Positions 1-9,544 of a stretch of DNA of 60,390 bases are shown one piece after another; position 1 is the first letter of the stretch, and the number at the start of each line of letters is the position of its first letter. Origin of the DNA: a virus (taxonomy: Duplodnaviria > Caudoviricetes). The stretch spans positions 1 through 60,390 of the IMG/VR virus record IMGVR_UViG_3300025009_000111; one strand, written 5' to 3'. A program made the position numbers and the translations under genes. Below the pieces are notes generated by a model. That model was not told where the DNA came from. It ran no database searches and was given only the letters and a program-made list of their open reading frames with translations.

Positions 1-56
1 GGACCAACTGGTGACGTTGGCCCCACTGGTCCGACCGATGGACCAACAGGACCAAC
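1..56 (+). repeat. Terminal overlap with 60333-60388 (circular or permuted assembly broken in the collagen repeat)
   Basis: GGACCAACTGGTGACGTTGGCCCC...GGACCAAC is identical at both ends; the last 2 bases diverge. Confidence 0.85.
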
Positions 57-654
57 AGGGGATACGGGTGCTACAAGTACTGTCACCGGACCAACTGGAG
101 CCACGGGAGCAGCCGGTGCCGGGGGTGTGGGCGTGTACCGAAATTTGTGGGTGGATGCTTCTGCTTTTGTTCCGCGTGCAACAAACGGATCTGATCCCGG
201 AACCGTGGAACTGACGTCCAACTACATTATGATGGATTATCAAGACTTCGACAAGGACACCGAGCAGGCGGCACAGGCTAAAGTCACAATGCCTGATGAA
301 TGGGATTTAGGGAATATCAAAGTCAAGCACAAATGGACGAACGGGGAAACCGGGGGTTCCGGTTCCGTTGTATGGGGGACGAAAGCTCGTGCCGTAAGCA
401 ACGATGAGGCTTTGGACGGATCGTGGGGCACGCGAGTAGATGTAACTGACGCATTCACGACAGACGGAGACTTGCTGGAATCGGGGGCATCTGCCGCAAT
501 TACCATAGGGAATACCCCGGCTATGTCCGATCTGATCATATTGGAGGTTTCCCGTGTAGTGTCAGCCAGTGCCGACGTGTACGATAAAACTGCCCGGCAC
601 TTAGGATGCGTTATCCAGTACAAGGAAGCATCTTCAACGGTAACGGAGTGGTAG
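1..654 (+). CDS. C-terminal part of collagen-like (Gly-X-Thr) fibre protein, continuing from 58818-60390 across the window ends
   Basis: Frame 1 is open from base 1 ([17 protein letters not shown]...) into the 127..654 globular domain; bases 1-56 equal 60333-60388 in the same frame as the ORF starting at 58818. Confidence 0.8.
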   Translation, partial: GPTGDVGPTGPTDGPTGPTGDTGATSTVTGPTGATGAAGAGGVGVYRNLWVDASAFVPRATNGSDPGTVELTSNYIMMDYQDFDKDTEQAAQAKVTMPDEWDLGNIKVKHKWTNGETGGSGSVVWGTKARAVSNDEALDGSWGTRVDVTDAFTTDGDLLESGASAAITIGNTPAMSDLIILEVSRVVSASADVYDKTARHLGCVIQYKEASSTVTEW

Positions 655-658
655 TCCG

Positions 659-2029
659 ATGCAAATATCCAGAAGGCGTTTAGTAAAAGACCCCAACTGC
701 AAACTGTATTTACCGTTTGATGGACTTGCTGATCAAACGGTAATGCAGGATATGTCGTTGAGTAAGCACGCGATTACAGTTTCTGGTGATGCGAAGATTA
801 CACAGACATCCCCTAAATTTGGAAGTGGTTGTTTAACGTTAGATGGAACTGGAGATTACGCAACAATAGCGGCTAGTTCTGATTGGAATTGGACTGGAGA
901 TTTTACCATTGAAGGATGGTTTAAAACAACAGTAGATTTGCCTGCCGCCGGACTGGCAATGCTATGGTCAAATTCTGATTCTGGAGCAAATACAGACTTA
1001 CATTTACTGAGATGGGGATCTAGTGGGGATTCGAGAAAAATACGTATCAAATATTATGAAGCCACTGTTGCTAAATTTGACATAACAAGCACATCAACAA
1101 TGAATGTGGATACTTGGTATCATATATCTGTTGTGCGTTATAATGGACAAATCAAACTCTACATAAATGGAACTAGCGAAGGCACTCCAGCTACGTATGC
1201 AACAGCGATGAATTTATCTTCTTTGCCGTTTTATATAGGGATGTCTAATGGTAGTCCGTACTATTATTTTCCAGGACAAGTGGATGATTTTACTGTTCAC
1301 AACATAGCTCTTCACACTTCCGATTACACTCCACCAGATAAACCCTATAATATCACAGCAATAGATAGAGCCTATGCATATAAAGCAAATTCTATTTTGA
1401 AGTTGCATTGTGATGGAGCAGATACAAGCACAACATTTACGGACTCTTCAGATTATGGACACGTAGCAACAGCAAATGGAAATGCACAAATAACCACTAC
1501 CGACCCAAAAATTGGAAGTGGGTGTTTGTTGTTGGATGGGACTGGAGATTATTTAACAGTTCCATTTTCCGCTGTATTTAATCTCGGATCTGTATATACT
1601 GTTGAATTTTGGATAAACTTCTCTTCAGTTGCGGGAGACCGTTACGCACTGGAAATAGTAAATACAAGTGGAGTGCATACATTTCAAGTAGACTTTTATA
1701 ATGACAATAAACTTGCATGGAGAGACCAGGCAAATGATGGAACTGGTTGGGCATATACAAATAGCACAACTTTTTCTACAGATACTTGGTATCATATATC
1801 TTTTGTTAAAAATTCTGGTATTATTAACTCCTACGTGAATGGTGTTTTACAAACTCGTTCAACTGAAGCTGGAGGAGCCTCTGGAAATGCTCTTGTGGGG
1901 GTGATTATAGGCGCAAGATATGATGATTCTTACATCACATTTGTTGCAGCTAAAATGGATGAAATCAACATATCCAACTACGCAAAGTATCTCGAAAACT
2001 TTGTTCCAAACGCTAGAGGGGCTTTTTGA
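659..2029 (+). CDS. Tandem LamG/concanavalin A-like lectin domain protein (putative receptor-binding or adhesion protein)
   Basis: Two internal repeats with KFGSGCLxLDGTGDY, FTIEGW/YTVEFW, TWYHISxV and LYING/SYVNG motifs; AT-rich. Confidence 0.8.
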   Translation: MQISRRRLVKDPNCKLYLPFDGLADQTVMQDMSLSKHAITVSGDAKITQTSPKFGSGCLTLDGTGDYATIAASSDWNWTGDFTIEGWFKTTVDLPAAGLAMLWSNSDSGANTDLHLLRWGSSGDSRKIRIKYYEATVAKFDITSTSTMNVDTWYHISVVRYNGQIKLYINGTSEGTPATYATAMNLSSLPFYIGMSNGSPYYYFPGQVDDFTVHNIALHTSDYTPPDKPYNITAIDRAYAYKANSILKLHCDGADTSTTFTDSSDYGHVATANGNAQITTTDPKIGSGCLLLDGTGDYLTVPFSAVFNLGSVYTVEFWINFSSVAGDRYALEIVNTSGVHTFQVDFYNDNKLAWRDQANDGTGWAYTNSTTFSTDTWYHISFVKNSGIINSYVNGVLQTRSTEAGGASGNALVGVIIGARYDDSYITFVAAKMDEINISNYAKYLENFVPNARGAF

Positions 2030-2481
2030 TGATTGTGAATGGTATAATTCAGTTTCAAGCTTCCGATAATCCCGTCCTGTCCCCCATAGCCGGACGGGAC
2101 GGATACTGGAGATTAATACGCGATTACGATGTTGTGCAATACGGAGAAGGCTTATGGACAGCACCTAAAGGCATGATTACGGACGGTGCAAGCATCCCCC
2201 GGTTGTTCTGGCGGGTCATCGGTCACCCATTTGAGACGGATTTGATCTACTGGGCAATTCTGCATGATGCCGCTTACAAGGGACGCTTGCTCCATGACGG
2301 ACTGCCCGCTGGATTGGACCGGGAACAGTCCGACAAATTGGCTTTTGCACTCATGACTGGAATTCGAGTAGGGGCAGATATTGTGAGCACCCCCGCATGG
2401 AAACGACCGCTTATGTTTGACACATTAAGGATGTTCGGTGGCCCGAACTTCCAGCCCAACCCCACAGCAGTGATTAAGTAA
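2026..2481 (+). CDS. DUF1353-family protein
   Basis: PKGMITDGASIPR...AILHDAAY...D motif pattern. Confidence 0.75.
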   Translation: MMIVNGIIQFQASDNPVLSPIAGRDGYWRLIRDYDVVQYGEGLWTAPKGMITDGASIPRLFWRVIGHPFETDLIYWAILHDAAYKGRLLHDGLPAGLDREQSDKLAFALMTGIRVGADIVSTPAWKRPLMFDTLRMFGGPNFQPNPTAVIK

Positions 2482-2493
2482 GGAGAATGCCAC

Positions 2494-2943
2494 ATGTTCA
2501 TCAGCACTGAAACGAAAAAGAACCCCAATCAATTTGTTCTCGGATGCATCGTTCTGTTGATCGTCCTCGCTCTGGCTTCCTGCTTTACCGGATGCCAGTA
2601 CCAGACCAATTCCATTGCCGTCAACCCCTCCATCCAACTTCCTATTGACGTCACCCCCGGTTCAGCTACGAACAAAGAAGGAAAGCAACAGGGCAGCGGA
2701 GCAGTTGTAATCAACGTAGTCCTGAATGGGGATCAGGCCAAACCCATCGATGTTTCAGCGGCCAACCCCGCCGTAAGTGGTAATAAGTTGGGGGATTCCG
2801 CTGTGAATGCCCTGGGGGCTGCGGTCGGGGGCACTACAGGGGCAGTTGCCACCGGGGGTTCACCCGTCGGTGCCGTGGTTGGTGCTGCTACGGGAACCGT
2901 TCTGGCTCAGCCAGTCAAATCCCTGATGACGCCCAACGAATAA
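2494..2943 (+). CDS. Putative lipoprotein with C-terminal glycine zipper (possibly spanin-like)
   Basis: Basic N-terminus, hydrophobic stretch, lipobox-like LASC/FTGC, GAAVGG..GAVVGAATG; SD AAGGAG. Confidence 0.55.
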   Translation: MFISTETKKNPNQFVLGCIVLLIVLALASCFTGCQYQTNSIAVNPSIQLPIDVTPGSATNKEGKQQGSGAVVINVVLNGDQAKPIDVSAANPAVSGNKLGDSAVNALGAAVGGTTGAVATGGSPVGAVVGAATGTVLAQPVKSLMTPNE

Positions 2944-3078
2944 AGGTCACCGTATCTGCCCTTTTTGAAGCCGGAATAAGCAACCTGGGTAAAGGTATGG
3001 TTTTACCGTCCAAGTAGGATTTTAGTGGGGCAATAAGGCAAGAAAACGTAAGGAAACAGAAGGAAGGCGGGTAACGGA

Positions 3079-3456
3079 ATGGCGGGTGACGACGTGAAAG
3101 CAATACGAGAAGCACTTGAGCGATTGGAGGCCAAAGTGGACAAGAACGCAGAAACTCTAGGAAGGGTACAATCGGATCTCCAATCCTTCCGCTGTTCTCA
3201 GGAACAAATATGCAAAGCAAGCAGCAAGGAGCGGACGGATCACTCGGAAACGCTATACGGGCGGGATGGATTGAAGGAAAGGGTTGTACGTATGGAGGAA
3301 ATTGTCAAGCCGGTGGTGGACATACATGACCGGGTACGGAAGGTGGAACAGCGGATGACCCTAGTTTGGATGGGGGTTCTAGGGTTCTGCGGATTTGCAG
3401 GGAAGTACATTTGGGAAGCAATCGTATCGGGAAAAATCCCTCCCCATGTCCCCTGA
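3079..3456 (+). CDS. Coiled-coil protein with C-terminal transmembrane helix (holin/XhlA-like)
   Basis: Heptad-rich N-terminus, hydrophobic LVWMGVLGFCGFAG segment; last gene of the late arm. Confidence 0.45.
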   Translation: MAGDDVKAIREALERLEAKVDKNAETLGRVQSDLQSFRCSQEQICKASSKERTDHSETLYGRDGLKERVVRMEEIVKPVVDIHDRVRKVEQRMTLVWMGVLGFCGFAGKYIWEAIVSGKIPPHVP

Positions 3457-3652
3457 TTAGAGAAGTACCCCGGACGCCCATCGGGGGTTCCCCACCTTCA
3501 CTTACGTTTGCCTCCTCTCCACCAATCACTTTTGCATCCTTTGTTCCTGCGACTTCGTTTGGGTTCAATAATTGGGGGATTTGGGGTTAGCTTTAGAACG
3601 TAGATCACCGGGAGCTTCTGTATATCCGGATCTGGTTTTAGTCCGTCTCCTG

Positions 3653-3871
3653 TCACGGTTCCACCTCGAATTCTTTAATGATAAAAGACGTACATTCCCA
3701 CAATACTGACAACGTTTCATACTTTGTACCGTATCCCACTTCCCTTTCCCATACCTCCCACTGTTTCTTCCGCATCGCTTTGTACGCCCCCAACTTCGTG
3801 GAATGAACGGATACGGGTTCTGGTCTACCTTCATGTGTAAACCAGCAATGACAAAATACATAGACCTTCAT
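3653..3871 (-). CDS. Hypothetical protein
   Basis: ATGA overlap with the upstream SbcC C-terminal gene. Confidence 0.6.
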   Translation of the reverse strand: MKVYVFCHCWFTHEGRPEPVSVHSTKLGAYKAMRKKQWEVWEREVGYGTKYETLSVLWECTSFIIKEFEVEP

Positions 3872-4479
3872 TTCACCACACTTACCCCATCCACTTTTTC
3901 AATCGTGAATGCCTTGTCTGCACATTCCTGCAACCGGGGATCGTGCGACACTACTACGATCTGAAGCCCCATCCGGTGGGACGTCTCCCGAAGCAACTCA
4001 CTACACCGTTCCTGTAGATTCCGGCTTACAAACCGGAATGGTTCGTCAAGGAATAGTACCGGACGGGTGGGACTGAGGGACCACAGAGCAACACGTAATG
4101 CGAACGCTGCCACATCTGCACATCCCCCTCCAGCTTCCGTAATGGGATCAAAGGAATTACCATTACGGGTAAAGTTGAGATCACATTCTGTTTTCCCTCT
4201 TCGCAGGACAAATTTACAGTCCATGTGATAGGGTTCGTCCCACACTGCCCGCATTGCTCTGCTAACGATTTCACTGATGTGTATCTCCATCGTTGCCTGG
4301 GTTTCCTGTGCCACCCTCTGAATCACGCTTTGTGCTAGGTTCCCCCTAACGGCTTCCTCCTCATACCCCTGCTTTATCAATCGGTCACGTTCCCGCTGTT
4401 CCGTCAATAAATCCATCCTGCCCCGTGCCCGTTGAACCCGCTGGGACAGTTCCCCGATTCGTTCATTCAGACTGGCCAT
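3868..4479 (-). CDS. sbcC: SbcC/Rad50-like ATPase, C-terminal half
   Basis: Signature-like EAGGG, Walker B/D-loop LFLDEPF, H-loop VVSHD, N-terminal coiled coil. Confidence 0.8.
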   Translation of the reverse strand: MASLNERIGELSQRVQRARGRMDLLTEQRERDRLIKQGYEEEAVRGNLAQSVIQRVAQETQATMEIHISEIVSRAMRAVWDEPYHMDCKFVLRRGKTECDLNFTRNGNSFDPITEAGGGCADVAAFALRVALWSLSPTRPVLFLDEPFRFVSRNLQERCSELLRETSHRMGLQIVVVSHDPRLQECADKAFTIEKVDGVSVVK

Positions 4480-4711
4480 ACTTTGCCTCCATCTCTTCCA
4501 CAAGCTTGGTCAAGGCTTGTTCATCCTCTTTGATTCCCGCTTCCTCCTTGGCTAACAACTTCTCAGCACTGGCAAGATCCTTCACTTTGAACTCCTTTAA
4601 GAGCTGTGCTTGTATAACGTCCCGCTCTGCTTCGGCTTTTCTTTGATCGTGTTCGAGACTTTCGATTTTCTGCTTGAGATCCATCAATCGCTTTGCAACT
4701 TGGATATTCAT
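4463..4711 (-). CDS. Small coiled-coil protein
   Basis: Heptad-rich charged sequence, coupled to the sbcC C-half. Confidence 0.65.
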   Translation of the reverse strand: MNIQVAKRLMDLKQKIESLEHDQRKAEAERDVIQAQLLKEFKVKDLASAEKLLAKEEAGIKEDEQALTKLVEEMEAKYGQSE

Positions 4712-4854
4712 CGCTGTCAAAATCCTTCCTCAGTGGTATGCCCTGTCTTTTCCTGAAGTACTGGTCACGGGAGAAATCCCGCAAGAACCCTATCACGATC
4801 CACATTCCCTCACGTCGGAACATCATTTCATTTCCGACACGCTCGGGTTTGTAG

Positions 4855-5775
4855 TTACCCATGGTCTAGTGCCTCCATAATCAGTTCCCGCACTTCCTTT
4901 TTCACTGGGTTGGCGTCTAGGAACCGTTCCATTTGTTCCCTGAAGTTTAACCGACGTAGATGTGCGGTATTTCCCTGTAGATATTCCACGAACGCGGAAC
5001 CTTCAGCCTTGGGGGTTTCCTTGGGTTCCTTGAACACGTCTTTTTCAATAGGCACAGGGATGTGTTCCCACTTTAGCGTTCGTGTTGTACTTGGCAGGAA
5101 TTCCACCAAGTACACGGCAGGTACGAAGTCGCGCTGATCGGACGTCTGCCGGGTAAGGGAACCGGGGTTGATCAGGGTTCGTCCATTTACCAACGTAACG
5201 AACTGTTGGTGGTTGTCCCCCGTGAGGATCAACTGCGCGTGAGGGTTCTGTTCCAGCAGTTCCTTGCTCGTGATCCCCTTGCAACCGGGGAACGGGGGCT
5301 TGCCCTTCTGGAAGACCATCCGGTGATGGATCTGAATGGTGGGGTAGGGTTCTTCCGTTTTCTGGCACGGTTCGGTTTCCCCGTACCCGTAGATTTCGAT
5401 GGCGCAATGATTCCCCATTTGTTTGGCGTATGATGTGCCGCAATACTGGTTTATCACTCCCCCTTGGAGCATAACCCAGAAAGCAGAACGGTCAATGTCT
5501 GCCATACGGTGATATGGCAGATCATGGTTCCCGGGGGCACAGTACATATTCCGTATTAGCCACAAGTGCTCCAATGCCCATCCCGTAAGCCAGTGATCGT
5601 CCGTCCTCCATTTGTGAAACACGTCACCAGCACAAAGGACAGTACACGGACTATTCTCCAACCGGAGATGCCCCAACCACTCTAACTTCCTCCGCTGGAC
5701 TTCCCGGAAATCATCTGTCCGGCAGTCCGGTTGATCGTCCCTCAGGTGCATGTCACCAACGAGTAGGAATTTCAT
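4855..5775 (-). CDS. sbcD: SbcD/Mre11-like metallophosphoesterase nuclease
   Basis: GDMH, AGDVFH, PGNHD, HH, GDNH, NPGS motifs. Confidence 0.9.
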   Translation of the reverse strand: MKFLLVGDMHLRDDQPDCRTDDFREVQRRKLEWLGHLRLENSPCTVLCAGDVFHKWRTDDHWLTGWALEHLWLIRNMYCAPGNHDLPYHRMADIDRSAFWVMLQGGVINQYCGTSYAKQMGNHCAIEIYGYGETEPCQKTEEPYPTIQIHHRMVFQKGKPPFPGCKGITSKELLEQNPHAQLILTGDNHQQFVTLVNGRTLINPGSLTRQTSDQRDFVPAVYLVEFLPSTTRTLKWEHIPVPIEKDVFKEPKETPKAEGSAFVEYLQGNTAHLRRLNFREQMERFLDANPVKKEVRELIMEALDHG

Positions 5776-6677
5776 AGCGACCCCTTTCCGTCACACAGTG
5801 GGCAGGTTTCTGGTTTAAGTTTGTTCCATTGTTCCTTAGCATCAGTAAGTGTCATTTGAATACGCTCAATGGTTTCCATCTTCCCCCGGCACCGCGTGAC
5901 CAGTTCCAAAAGGTTGTCTCTTTGTCGGTATCGCTCCCGGAGTTGTTCCAGACCCGTCAAGGATGCGTCTAGCGTTCGTTTCAGGCCACGTAGGTGGGCA
6001 AAATCCTTTAAACGATCCGAAACCCATACTAAGTCCTGGGCTACCCCCTGTAAACGGTTTTTGGCCAGTTTACGCGTCTTTATTTGACTATATGCTTGAT
6101 TGATGGATTCCACGGAACCCTCAGCGGCAGGAACCCAGTGGAGCTTCGTCAGGGCTTCCGTACCAGAATGTATCGCACGTTCTGTGACCTTTGCCCCATT
6201 CTCTGCCACCCGGATCTTGGACGCCACGAAAGACAAAGCCTTGTCGATGTCAGACAACCCAACGACCTCATTGAGCTTTCGACCCACTTCCCCTGGGCTA
6301 TCTGCCAGCAGGAAGTCAATGTTGCGCTGCCCCTGTAGATTGACATGGGAGAGGTTCAGGGCATTCAGGATGGGTTCAGGTACGGTCGTGCCAACAGCCC
6401 GGAACTCTTCTCCGTTCAACAAGTAACGGCTGTCCTTGCCCTTCACCCGTCCGATTACCGTGCCGTCCGTCAGCCGGATACGACCACGGGCTTCCGTCTC
6501 CCCGTGTCGGGTATACCTGTCCCCCAGGGGACGTCCCTCCGCAAGCCACTGAACGAACCGGATCACGGAGGACTTCCCGGCATCCGACGTCCCCACGATC
6601 ACGTTCAAATGGGGGTCCAATTCCAGAACGGTGTTCAGGTGTCCCTGGAAGTTTACAAGTTGGATTTTGTCAATCAT
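5772..6677 (-). CDS. sbcC: SbcC/Rad50-like ATPase, N-terminal half ending in a Zn-hook
   Basis: MIDKIQLVNFQGH, Walker A GTSDAGKS, Q-loop, coiled coil, terminal CPLC. Confidence 0.85.
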   Translation of the reverse strand: MIDKIQLVNFQGHLNTVLELDPHLNVIVGTSDAGKSSVIRFVQWLAEGRPLGDRYTRHGETEARGRIRLTDGTVIGRVKGKDSRYLLNGEEFRAVGTTVPEPILNALNLSHVNLQGQRNIDFLLADSPGEVGRKLNEVVGLSDIDKALSFVASKIRVAENGAKVTERAIHSGTEALTKLHWVPAAEGSVESINQAYSQIKTRKLAKNRLQGVAQDLVWVSDRLKDFAHLRGLKRTLDASLTGLEQLRERYRQRDNLLELVTRCRGKMETIERIQMTLTDAKEQWNKLKPETCPLCDGKGSL

Positions 6678-6915
6678 CGTAATCGATCTCCGGGGGATGC
6701 GGTCTTGCTGGAACGATCCACGCTTTGGACTTTTTGTGCCATTTACGAATCCATGCGGACGTCCACCACAACACCTGTACAGTGTGTCCGTCAATGTCCA
6801 GCACCTTAACCGTTGAGTATTGTACGGATAGGACTTTCCCGGTACGTGCATCAACCATGTGTGCCTTCTGGTACTGGACGTGATCTCCCTTTTTCAATTC
6901 GTCCAGTCGTGGCAT
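6670..6915 (-). CDS. Small hypothetical protein (SH3/KOW-like beta pattern)
   Basis: LKKGDHV...GKVLSV; fills the gap between ruvC-like gene and sbcC. Confidence 0.55.
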   Translation of the reverse strand: MPRLDELKKGDHVQYQKAHMVDARTGKVLSVQYSTVKVLDIDGHTVQVLWWTSAWIRKWHKKSKAWIVPARPHPPEIDYDD

Positions 6916-7421
6916 TAGAGTTGTTTCCTTCGGGCGTATTCCGCGATCAGAAGGGCATCCGCATCTTTCTGCTTTGCAATCTGCTTTGCAAGGTGGGGCC
7001 ACTTTCGGGAACCCACCTGACGGGACGCTTCCTTCAATTCATCCCCCCTTAATCCTGCCGGAAGCATTTCCTTTTGCCATGGTTTGGAATCCATATACCC
7101 GGTCAACCCGATCCCCTTACTTTCTAGAGCAATCAGTGTGGCTTCCAGGCACCTCATAGCGGAGCAAGATGCCATCCACCGTCCGGGGTTTATCATGGGA
7201 CGTTCTAAGAATACCCGAATTTCATCTACTGGGTGGCATTGAAACCACTCTTCGAATAGGTGTCGAAGTTGGCCCACGTCCACACGATTTACGTATGCCT
7301 TTTTCTTGGTGTAGTTCAAGTCTTTCTTCACTGGAGTGGGAGCGTACGCCAATACTTCTCCACTACTCGTCAGAATAGCAATAGATCCTGACACCCCATT
7401 ATCAATACCCACGTACAACAT
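6915..7421 (-). CDS. RuvC-like Holliday junction resolvase
   Basis: YVGIDNG, VFLE, W.K, DADALLIA acidic catalytic pattern. Confidence 0.8.
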   Translation of the reverse strand: MLYVGIDNGVSGSIAILTSSGEVLAYAPTPVKKDLNYTKKKAYVNRVDVGQLRHLFEEWFQCHPVDEIRVFLERPMINPGRWMASCSAMRCLEATLIALESKGIGLTGYMDSKPWQKEMLPAGLRGDELKEASRQVGSRKWPHLAKQIAKQKDADALLIAEYARRKQL

Positions 7422-8359
7422 TAGTTTCTCCTCCGTCCTGTCACCGTGCCGTGGCTTATTTTTGCTTCTGGAGCACTTCCCCCTTTGAATTCTCCCCGGA
7501 ACAACTTCCCCCATTCTACAAGTGCTTCAGGCTTCAGGAAACTGTTCAACCAATACTTTTCACACACTTCCCGAAAGCCTTTTTTGCTGAATTCATTGGG
7601 CTTGATAAATGGCAATCCTGTAAACTCGGGATGAGGTAAGGAAACTAGATTGAAATTCCGTTCTCTGATCTTGGGCAATTCTTCTCGAATCACAGAATAG
7701 ATTTTATGTGTTACTGGAAGCTCCTTCAGGATATACTTGATAGCGGTCTTCTCGGCCACTCCCGGTATCCCATCTACATTGTCCCCTGAACAACCGGCAA
7801 GGATTTTCATTTGAAGCCACTGGGATGGAGTAATCCCATACCGTTGTTTGAGTGCCGGGACATTGGTGGTTATCTTCGTGGAAGGGTTATAGCAAGCAAC
7901 GTGTTCCCGAATACATTGGAACAGATCCTGGTCAGCAGTCACTATTACAGCTGGATTATCAGTGTTAGCCCGTCTCGAAAAAGCGGCCATAATGTCATCT
8001 GCTTCAAATCCATCAACAACCCAGCAATTCTTCCACCCAATTAAGGGCAAGACATTTTCACGTAACTCAACAATCTGTTTCTTGAATCCAGACCAAATCA
8101 TGCGTTCTTCTGGTGGTTGGTCCTCTTTGTTGTTGTGTCGATTTCCTTTGTACTTCAAATATGTTGTAGCACGGACAGAACAAGTGGGAGAGTCGAAACA
8201 GAAGATCATCTGATTTGTACTGAATATTTTACCCAATGACAATATTCGATTCAGCACTCCGAAAGTCACCCCGGTTCCTACATCTCCAGCAGTAAGGTTT
8301 GGAATTGTAGCCTTGGCCTGATGTGCGAGAAAAGATACATCGATCAATAAAGTTGTCAT
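7421..8359 (-). CDS. 5'-3' exonuclease / flap endonuclease (T5 D15/T4 RNase H-like)
   Basis: LLID, FD, YKGNR, FEADD, TADQD, GCSGDNVDGIPGVAEKTA helix-hairpin-helix. Confidence 0.9.
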   Translation of the reverse strand: MTTLLIDVSFLAHQAKATIPNLTAGDVGTGVTFGVLNRILSLGKIFSTNQMIFCFDSPTCSVRATTYLKYKGNRHNNKEDQPPEERMIWSGFKKQIVELRENVLPLIGWKNCWVVDGFEADDIMAAFSRRANTDNPAVIVTADQDLFQCIREHVACYNPSTKITTNVPALKQRYGITPSQWLQMKILAGCSGDNVDGIPGVAEKTAIKYILKELPVTHKIYSVIREELPKIRERNFNLVSLPHPEFTGLPFIKPNEFSKKGFREVCEKYWLNSFLKPEALVEWGKLFRGEFKGGSAPEAKISHGTVTGRRRN

Positions 8360-9468
8360 TCTTCAAACCCTACTTCATCTGTATCTGATTCCGTGTTCCC
8401 AGACGTTTGGCTGTACCGTCCAGGACGTCGTAATTGTGCATCCAGTTCTCTCCAGGCATTTCCCGTGATTTTTGCCAAGTGTAGCTGGAGATTTTCTTTT
8501 TCTACGTGGCTGGCCAGGGTGTTAACCGTCCACTGCCCTTCCCCAAATTCTCCACCTGTTTTAAGGGCACCTTTTTCGCCCATTTTCCACGCCTTGATCT
8601 CACACAGCCAGAGGATGTTCGCCCGGACGTCGTCAACCCCATACCCATAGTAGATGGGTAGGTCAAACTGCATATGACAACCGGTTGCATGGTTCTTGGA
8701 AATCTTTACCCGAGCAACGATCCCGATCTCATGCTTCACTTCTCGTATTGTGCGAGTCAAGGTTTGCTTCACGGCCAGCCAGTACTGATAGCAAGCGTAA
8801 AACTTCAAAGCCCTTCCCCCGTTGTGTGTCTTGGGTGCAAAGCTGATCCCGATGTTGTCACGTGTCTGTGAGATTATCATCAGCAGTGATTCAGTGTCCT
8901 TCAATCCAGATTTGATTTTACGAAGCCCATCGCTGTTTGACTTGGCCTTGGCCATTCCATACGAACCCTTGACATCCTTTCCAGCGGCACGTGCTTTCAA
9001 GTCCTCCTCAAACTTGTCTAGCTCGACGGAACCGTTTAGAGCGTCCATACTGTCCAAAATCTTTACGAACGGGATACCAGCTTGAATCCTTGTCCAGGTC
9101 GCGTCATAGAAATCTTCAATAGTTGTTGAATTCCTTTCCACCAACCGTTTGGATAGGGTTCCGAACATCTGTTCCACATTAAACTCGTTTGATCGTTCAA
9201 CGTCGTCCAATTCAAGCTTGTACTGTTTCAACTTAGGATTCATCGCAGCTTCCGCCAGCGTGGTCAGTCCCAGTAAGGACTTCCCACTGGAACTATCCCC
9301 GATCACATGGACGATTTTCCCCGTCATATATCCACCTTGTTCACTACCGGAACAGGCAAGATTGAGGAGAGTACAGCCAGTGGGGATGTATCCTTTGACT
9401 GGAACGGAGGACTTTTCTTTGGAGGAAGTGCTTCGCTGTTCTGCGAACTTCTTGGACTTTGTTGACAT
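8356..9468 (-). CDS. recA: RecA/UvsX-like recombinase
   Basis: Walker A GDSSSGKS, LDSMDAL, IISQTRDNIG, GGRALKFYA, KN. Confidence 0.9.
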   Translation of the reverse strand: MSTKSKKFAEQRSTSSKEKSSVPVKGYIPTGCTLLNLACSGSEQGGYMTGKIVHVIGDSSSGKSLLGLTTLAEAAMNPKLKQYKLELDDVERSNEFNVEQMFGTLSKRLVERNSTTIEDFYDATWTRIQAGIPFVKILDSMDALNGSVELDKFEEDLKARAAGKDVKGSYGMAKAKSNSDGLRKIKSGLKDTESLLMIISQTRDNIGISFAPKTHNGGRALKFYACYQYWLAVKQTLTRTIREVKHEIGIVARVKISKNHATGCHMQFDLPIYYGYGVDDVRANILWLCEIKAWKMGEKGALKTGGEFGEGQWTVNTLASHVEKENLQLHLAKITGNAWRELDAQLRRPGRYSQTSGNTESDTDEVGFEE

Positions 9469-9485
9469 TTTAGCAATCTCCAACT

Positions 9486-9526
9486 AAAAGAAAAAGGGGG
9501 CCGGGTACTCTTACCCCAACGCCCCC
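9486..9526 (-). terminator. Rho-independent terminator after ssb
   Basis: GGGGGC...GCCCCC stem followed by a U tract on the minus strand. Confidence 0.6.
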
Positions 9527-9544
9527 GGACAGGTCAATCAGATA

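Noticed and set aside
1-56. Physical terminal direct repeat of the virion DNA
   Set aside because: Short, lies inside a repetitive coding region and diverges in the last two bases; more consistent with an assembly overlap
4563-4862. 99-aa minus-strand ORF between sbcD and the coiled-coil gene
   Set aside because: Overlaps the next gene by ~150 bp and has no motif; may be real but cannot be supported
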